Source: a virus
Reading direction: 5' to 3' (one strand)
Length of the DNA stretch: 64,000 nucleotides
Virus record (IMG/VR): IMGVR_UViG_3300036770_001423
Coordinates: 1-64,000 of that record
Positions within the stretch are counted from its first letter, which is position 1. Every line of letters starts with the position of its first letter. A model generated the notes under the pieces. The model was not told the DNA's origin and did not search any database. It saw only the letters and a list, made by a program, of their open reading frames with translations. Of the stretch, positions 57,352 to 64,000 are shown in pieces. The position numbers and the translations under genes are program-made.

Positions 57352-59716
57352 CCAAGAAAATAGTTATCAAATATACAACAGCCGAACATGACTGTGAAAC
57401 TTGTGGTGGCACTTGGGAAGAATCTTATCAGTTATTATGCAAGGACGTTGTGATTGGTAATGAAGCACATGCTTACTGTTTTGGTTGCGAAAATACATCA
57501 CTAAAAGATGCGTTAATGCAATTCCTTGAGCATGAAGGTTATAAGATAGAATTCGACGGAGACTACTATGACTAAATTCAAAGTAGGTGATAGAGTGAAA
57601 TGGAAAGATAAGCCTTTCCTTTCTAATGGGTGTGTTCTGAAAGTGGTGACATCACCTTTCGGTGGTCACTATTACATCATCAGAACAGATGAATATGCGC
57701 CAAACGAATATGCCTATAACACAGATGAATTATTGGCTTGGTCTAATGATATTGAGAAGGAGTAGATATGTGGTACGTAAAACATAAACATAGTCCAGAT
57801 GACTATTACGACATCTTTCTTGATGAGGAAGCTGATGAATGGGTGTGCTATGCTTCTCCTGACAAGTATTATGCACCCTACTACGAAACACAAGAAGCTG
57901 CACAGAAAGACATTGACAGATTATGCGAAGTTGGTGTATTCTTAGTGCCAGTATTTGAACAAGAGGGGAATTGATTATGTTTGTAAAAGTTAAAAATATG
58001 GAACACATGAATGATATAGACGCACCTTATGGTTTAGTTCAAGTTAAGAATATTTGCTACATTGGTCAACATTTATCAGATAACACTTATGCTTTATCAT
58101 TAGTCAATGGACGCACATTCTTAACTGACCAAGAAGGTTATGATAAAATCTTAAAGATTATTGATGTGGAGGAATAATTATGGATTTATTTATTTTATAT
58201 GTTCTACCTGCTTTACTTACAATCGTGATATGTGGTATTGATTCCTACCGGAGAGGTGCCGTTACGGTCGGTGAGGTGGTAGGTACTGTAATACTTGCTG
58301 TAATACCGATATTTAATATTCTTTTCGTAATATGGGCTGTTTTGGATGAACTCAGTATGAGGGGATTATTATCTAAAACACTTTGGAAAAAGAAATAGTA
58401 ATAATTTGAGGAGAGAAGTGTGAGTGATCTATCTGAAATACATACTGAAAGTATTAGCTTGCATTCAGCACAGCAACATTTTGAGAGCAATAAACAATTT
58501 GAAGAATTTGCTAAGAAGTGGAATTATGATTTATCCACAGATGAAGAAGGGTTCTACACGAATAGCCTTACACAAAGATTGTGGGATTGTTGGGAAGAAA
58601 GTCGGAGGGCGAGATAAGTGAATCACATTACAGATCACGACATGAAGAATAAACTTATGCAAGACTTAGAGTTACACATCACCGCATGGAGGGAAGCTTC
58701 AGATAAATCTGAAATTAAATCTCTGCGTGGAGCAATTAGCTATTATTCCACTCCAAACGAAGACGATGAGTATGAGAATAAGTTCCAAACAATGTTAGCT
58801 ATTCATGGGATTGTATTATGAACAGAAAACAATTCCAGTTATGGTTGGATCAATGGCCTGAAGACACAGAGATTCATGTAGGTATTCAACAATCAGCACC
58901 ACCGTATTGTCCTTATGGTGAAGTAGTATATGAGAAGTTCAAAGGAGAACGTTGTGATGATTATGATTATACAGATTTTAATGGGAATACGTGGTTAAGG
59001 GAAGATAGTCCTTATTACAATAAACGAATACTAGAACTTGGAGGGAAAGATTAGATGTTATTAGACACATTATTTAAAGAAGTAGAACAGCTACAGAAGA
59101 TTATCACAATGAATATCGTAGTGTATAGTGATGTTGTGTGGTGCTACACAGACAATGAATTATCCGTCAACACAGACGGTGATGAAGAAGCGTTGTTTCA
59201 GGGTGAAGGTAGTACATACTCTTATGATGTAAGATGTGTTGATGCGTCGGATGACGGCTATGTAATCTTCTATGACGCTAACAATAATTGTGGTACGAGA
59301 GATACAATTATTGTTAAAGCTAGTGAGCGGAGAGATTAGAGTGAAAGATATTATAACCAACATCTTGTCATTTGTATATGGAGTGATAGTAACGCTTGTA
59401 CTGGTTATTTGGCCAGTGGATATCAGACACGCAGCGATTATTAAGATGTACAACGAAGGAAAGATTGTCTGCACAACATTAGCTGATGAGTTTATTTGTA
59501 GGGAGGTGGAGAATGACAGTAAGTGAATTGATTGAATTATTAAAAACATATCCACCACATATGTTAGTGGCTGCTGAGATGTACAGTGAACAATATCTTG
59601 TTACACCTGAAGATATTAGTCTAAAGAGGTTATGTCTCCCTAGACCAGATGGTTGGGTACAGAACTATCGACAAGATAAAGAATCAACAGAGTATGTTTT
59701 GTTCAGGGGAAATTAA
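57348..59716 (+). other. Run of about 11 short, tightly coupled hypothetical ORFs (57348-57575, 57568-57765, 57768-57974, 57971-58177, 58180-58398, 58420-58617, 58618-58821, 58818-59054, 59055-59339, 59341-59526, 59513-59716)
   Basis: Same strand, overlapping or abutting start/stop codons, most with SD; typical phage accessory genes. Confidence 0.7.
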
Positions 59717-59790
59717 TGAAACCAACACAAGAACAAACAGGCACATTTGAAGCAGCTATGAAGAAGCCCCGTTAAGTGGCTTTGTTGTAA

Positions 59791-60390
59791 TCACGTAAGG
59801 TCTTTACATGCTTGTAAGAAATCTTCCACAGTAAAATCTTTATTAAACCACTCTAGCTTATATTTACTGTCTTTGAATTTTTCATGTAGAAGCTTTTCTA
59901 AATCTAAGTATCTACCATCCGTACATTCGAAAGTAGCTAACAATTCCACCTCAAAAGGATTACTGGTTCTTATGCTGGATAATCTGCTTTGTATGTTCTT
60001 AGAGTAACCTATCTTATAATAATCCCCGCAACCCAATAAATACACAACCCCGTTTCCTTTCCCAGAATATTTATCGTTAAAGAAATCAGACCCTCTTTGA
60101 TTAGGTTTTCTAGTTTTTCTAAAAGCTCCAATGAAAGTAAACCAGACAAACGGCCATTTCAGTTCATATGAACAAGATTGTTCTTTCACATAAGAAACGT
60201 CATCACACAGTTTAGAGACTAACTTTCTGTCTTTATTGTTCCACGAATCCTTCGGTATTTCGAGAATTTCTTTTAATTTGTCAATATGAATTGCTTTGGT
60301 GCGTTCTCTACCCCAACCAACACGGTACTTTTCTGGGATTTCTCTCAACTCACTTAGGAACCACTGTATTGTTTCATCATCAAAATTCAC
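59791..60390 (-). CDS. T5orf172/GIY-YIG-like nuclease domain protein
   Basis: VYLL..YYKIGYS..RL..LEK.LH..F...EWF. Confidence 0.8.
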   Translation of the reverse strand: MNFDDETIQWFLSELREIPEKYRVGWGRERTKAIHIDKLKEILEIPKDSWNNKDRKLVSKLCDDVSYVKEQSCSYELKWPFVWFTFIGAFRKTRKPNQRGSDFFNDKYSGKGNGVVYLLGCGDYYKIGYSKNIQSRLSSIRTSNPFEVELLATFECTDGRYLDLEKLLHEKFKDSKYKLEWFNKDFTVEDFLQACKDLT

Positions 60391-61608
60391 TTAAACCTCC
60401 AACCACTTAATTAATAGATTTCTCATTCGCTCAGACAGAATCAACACCTTCATAGGTTTACCTTGTCTGATTGCACCACGCCAAATAAACTGAATCATCT
60501 CAGACAGAGCAAACATATCTTCATCTGGTTCAATATTATTAGCTCTTAGGTAATTCACTTCGATAGGGTTCTTAAAAATATTCACAGCATACATACACAA
60601 AGAATAATTACGGTAGTTGTTTGTTGCACGAATATTCATAGGAAGGAAAGCGGGCATGTCATCACTAACACCCTTCGTATATCCAGCCCCCTGCATACGC
60701 TTCTGGTGGTCTTTGTATGTAGTCCAGAATACCTCGCCAGCCTTAGCCTTATTGGACACAACACAAGAGCGTAGCATAGCTTTATATTTATCTATTTCTT
60801 CTTTCTTAGCTTTCTCAAACCAGCCTTTACTGAGAGTAGTATCTCTTTGCTTCTTAGCATTAGTTGCTCTGTTCTCAATGATGGTTAGATTAGCTCTAAT
60901 AGACTTCTTCAGTTCTCCCTCAGACAACAAACCAAGGTTGTTGTTATCTACAACAGTGTATGGTATGTTATTCAGCTCTAACCAACATCTCATATCACTA
61001 CCATGAAACAAGTAAGTGAGAATCCACACTTCCTTTAATTCAGACAACAGGCGAGGAGGATACTCAAACATAAGGAATGTATCAGCATAGCAGTAAACAA
61101 CACCAAGACTGCACAAACTGCGAACAAAAGAATATCTACCATCGTGCTCTGGATATTCAGCTTCATTCCAACTAAGCTGATTACGTTTATCTGGATTAAT
61201 CAAAACCATACCAGATTTAAGCAAATCTCTTGTATCAGAAGGAACCAAACTTCTATCTAATAAACCAACACAACTAAGAGCTTCATCAATCACCAGTGTA
61301 TATTGTTTATCTACCAACATATCAACTATCTGCACAGTAAGGTTTTGGAATAGTGCATGAGTAGAAGCAATATTCTTACCCTCGAATATCAACATCTTTA
61401 AATCACCTATCTTACCTCTACCTTTGTTCTCTGGTGTATAGAAATCTAATTCTGGTAATTCCTTTGGTACACGTTCATCAATCTCAGAGAGGAACGGAGT
61501 GATGTATAAGAACCTAGCTTCTGGGTTCTCTTTAGCTTTCTGTCTAATCAACTCAAACATCTTAGTGGACTTACCTGTACCACACATACTATCAATAACA
61601 TTAATCAA
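60391..61608 (-). CDS. Helicase-like / origin-binding protein
   Basis: Walker A CGTGKS, YITP, STH, Walker B IDE, QFIWRGAIR motif VI-like; TTG start after SD AAGGAG. Confidence 0.75.
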   Translation of the reverse strand: MINVIDSMCGTGKSTKMFELIRQKAKENPEARFLYITPFLSEIDERVPKELPELDFYTPENKGRGKIGDLKMLIFEGKNIASTHALFQNLTVQIVDMLVDKQYTLVIDEALSCVGLLDRSLVPSDTRDLLKSGMVLINPDKRNQLSWNEAEYPEHDGRYSFVRSLCSLGVVYCYADTFLMFEYPPRLLSELKEVWILTYLFHGSDMRCWLELNNIPYTVVDNNNLGLLSEGELKKSIRANLTIIENRATNAKKQRDTTLSKGWFEKAKKEEIDKYKAMLRSCVVSNKAKAGEVFWTTYKDHQKRMQGAGYTKGVSDDMPAFLPMNIRATNNYRNYSLCMYAVNIFKNPIEVNYLRANNIEPDEDMFALSEMIQFIWRGAIRQGKPMKVLILSERMRNLLIKWLEV

Positions 61609-61707
61609 AATATACTCCTTAAGGGGACAAAATACCATAGGGAAATCTAATGAATTTAATCACCCTATACCCTAATAGTATACCATGTTTCTTATTAATT
61701 GCAAGTG

Positions 61708-62149
61708 AAATATCATTTATTTGCAATAGAAATAGAATTATTTGAAGTGAGCTTGCAATAAGGTTTTTGAAACCCTTGTGTGGTAAGGCTTAGAGGGGTA
61801 TAGGTCTTAGAATATAAAAAGGTACTATCATACTGCCGATTGCCAAACTATAGTTTATACCAAATATCAGTGTTTGCTGTAGAAGTGTAACATCTTCCTG
61901 TATCCTTCCTGTTTCTACCTTGTGTATGAAATATCCTTGTAAAAATATCCTAATTACTTCATTTAATTAGAATTTATTTGTAAAAATATCTATACAAAAT
62001 ATCACTACCTCTCCTGTTAATTTTAGATTGAAAATATCATATCCAAAATATACATCCTATAAGGGTATTTCAGAATTAGAAATTATGTATTTGGTTGTTT
62101 AACACGACCACTACTCCCTCCATCATTCTTTCCAATATTCTGAAATATC
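61708..62149. repeat. Eight co-oriented AAATATC copies (candidate iterons)
   Basis: At 61708, 61862, 61929, 61943, 61984, 61997, 62032, 62143. Confidence 0.6.
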
Positions 62150-62391
62150 AAAGCATTATCAATAAATAACCCATAGCATAGATTATGTAAAATTGACTGT
62201 AATACGAATAATTATCATTTAGATTATTATTATTCATTGTGTTCTATTGATTAGTATACTTAATTGACTAATAGATAGTAATTGGTAAGACCAATTGAGA
62301 TAATACTTAGTGTAATAAGCTTTGCTTCGTGTTAGACAAAACATTCGTTTGTCAACACTCCGCGCCAATAATTACAGTAGTAATAATTCAG

Positions 62392-62489
62392 GTGATAACA
62401 CTTAGTGTAATAACATTTATTGTAATAACATTTATTGTAATAACATTTATTGTTATCACTATTAGTGTACTAATACTTGTTACACTAAG
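62392..62489. repeat. 15-bp tandem repeat (TGTAATAACATTTAT x3) framed by inverted repeats
   Basis: Units at 62406, 62421, 62436; GTGATAACA/TGTTATCAC flanks. Confidence 0.85.
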
Positions 62490-63046
62490 CCTCATGACAG
62501 CATAGCTGTCATTCATCTAATACGAATAACTCTTATTTGTATTTATACGCTCATAAGCCTAGCTTATTCGCTTTGCATATTGGCCTATATATTGCATAAA
62601 ATAGAGTGAATACATATGCAGTTATGCACTATTTATTCTGCATAAAATAGCTAAAAGTGAATACTCTGCTGAGGCATATCAAGGTAGCACTACAACACAA
62701 AGCCCCGTATAATCGATTCTAGAGCGTTTAAATGCTATAAAGATTATTGACATTAGAATGTAAAGAAAGTTGACAGGATAAAGAGAAGGTAAATAAAAAG
62801 CCCCTTGTCGGGGCTTCTCTTTTAGCTGGTTAGCTTATGCCGTTGATCTCGTTTAACTCCGCTTGCCATCTGGCTAAATCTTCAAAATAAAGCCAAGCTT
62901 TTTTTTGGCTTGGCTTTGATAATTATTTTCTATGCTGTAAAACAGCCTGCAAAGCTCTGTATTACGTTTTATTAATTCTGGTTGTCTGTATAGCCTAGAA
63001 ACAACAAAAGCCCGTATAGGGCTTTTAATCTTGTTATATTTGATGT

Positions 63047-63703
63047 TTATGCTGTAAAGTAGTCTTTGTTACTTGGATATACAAAACATACTTCTTTACC
63101 TTTGAAAATGCATTCAAATTTATAAGTTTTTTCATTTAAAGACCATTCATCCGACGCAATACCATCTTTTTGACACTCATACTCACATGCGTGTAAGTCA
63201 TAAGCTAAGGCTCTTGCATACTTGCTTGCGCTAAATTTCCAGCTTGTGCCGTGTTTTAACCCTAAACTTTCAGCTTGTTCTAGTGCCATCATTTTACGGG
63301 TATTTGACGTACCAGATAAAACGCTAGTCAGTTGGTCCCTCTGTGCTGATGTCAGGCATTCAAAATAAGCATAACAAACGGTAATACCGTCGTTACCTTG
63401 CCAAGATTTACCAAAGGATACAGCAGACCAGACAGCTTTGATTGCTTCGATTAATTCAACACTGATTTTAACTTTAGCTGTTGCCATCTGACCAGCTTTG
63501 TTGAATTCGTCGCTCATATACTCACCAGCTGCGTATACAGAATCATTGTATACATAGCCATTACAAGGTGCGTGTAACCGGCCCTGAGTATCAATTGTAG
63601 GCTGCTTACCTTGGTTTGCTGATGCTATAGCAATGATTAATTTCTCATTGCGTTTTACATTGTCAGAATTAAAACCAGATAACAGAGAAACTAAGCTAGC
63701 CAT
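63047..63703 (-). CDS. Hypothetical protein
   Basis: ORF with SD AGGT, upstream TTGACA-16-TAGAAT and downstream hairpin at 63007-63026. Confidence 0.75.
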   Translation of the reverse strand: MASLVSLLSGFNSDNVKRNEKLIIAIASANQGKQPTIDTQGRLHAPCNGYVYNDSVYAAGEYMSDEFNKAGQMATAKVKISVELIEAIKAVWSAVSFGKSWQGNDGITVCYAYFECLTSAQRDQLTSVLSGTSNTRKMMALEQAESLGLKHGTSWKFSASKYARALAYDLHACEYECQKDGIASDEWSLNEKTYKFECIFKGKEVCFVYPSNKDYFTA

Positions 63704-64000
63704 AACACACCTACCTATCAGACTAGGCAAGCACCATTGCTTGCCCTACCCCTTGTATTCTAGTTCATTGGTTCAGCTTGTCAACAAAATAAATTAATTA
63801 TTTCTATGTTACCGTCATAACTTTTCTGGCTTCTTTTAAGCTTGCCAGGATGCCTTCTGCTTCGCTATCTCTGCAATAGCTCACCATATACCCCATATTG
63901 ACATAGTAGTCTGTAATCAATTCTGAAAGGCTTTCATACACATAATACTGATTAGCAAATTCACCGTCTACACAATTGATCGCTGTATACCCTTGATCTG

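Noticed and set aside
58424-58621. Alternative-frame ORF overlapping 58420..58617
   Set aside because: The 58420 frame has the better-spaced SD and abuts the next gene; dual coding is unsupported.
62392-62489. CRISPR or other guide-RNA array
   Set aside because: The units are directly tandem with no unique spacers, and no cas-like gene is present.

Overview
A 64 kb segment of a lytic-type, AT-rich tailed dsDNA phage with a contractile tail (sheath, two tube paralogues, baseplate J). Many TTGACA-N16/17-TAnnnT promoters suggest use of a host sigma70-type RNA polymerase; the host cannot be identified from the sequence. Layout: nrdA/nrdB and small genes (+, 1-4.8 kb); a long minus-strand block running from terminase through portal, head, tail, baseplate, tailspike, fibres and lysis genes to an esterase-bearing appendage module (4.9-41.8 kb); a second tailspike and a + strand auxiliary block with nucleotidyltransferase, Dam, PhoH, ClpP-like protease, dNMP kinase, ligase and Rz/Rz1 (42-59.7 kb); then a helicase-like gene and a 1.4 kb repeat-rich non-coding region. 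Main results from reading the sequence: (1) four group I introns with resolvable splice junctions, one in nrdA, two in terL (splitting Walker A and Walker B) and one HNH-encoding intron in the tape measure gene; (2) a ~145 nt multi-pseudoknot candidate RNA directly upstream of a zinc-repeat GIY-YIG-like nuclease beside terL; (3) a dispersed ~95 bp intergenic element with 10-bp phased TA steps; (4) a family-A/T7-RNAP-related (TV-Pol-like) polymerase gene; (5) three carbohydrate-active virion proteins; (6) a -1 frameshift in the tail chaperone gene. All functional calls rest on motifs and gene context, not on database searches. No tRNA, rRNA, CRISPR array or integrase was seen.
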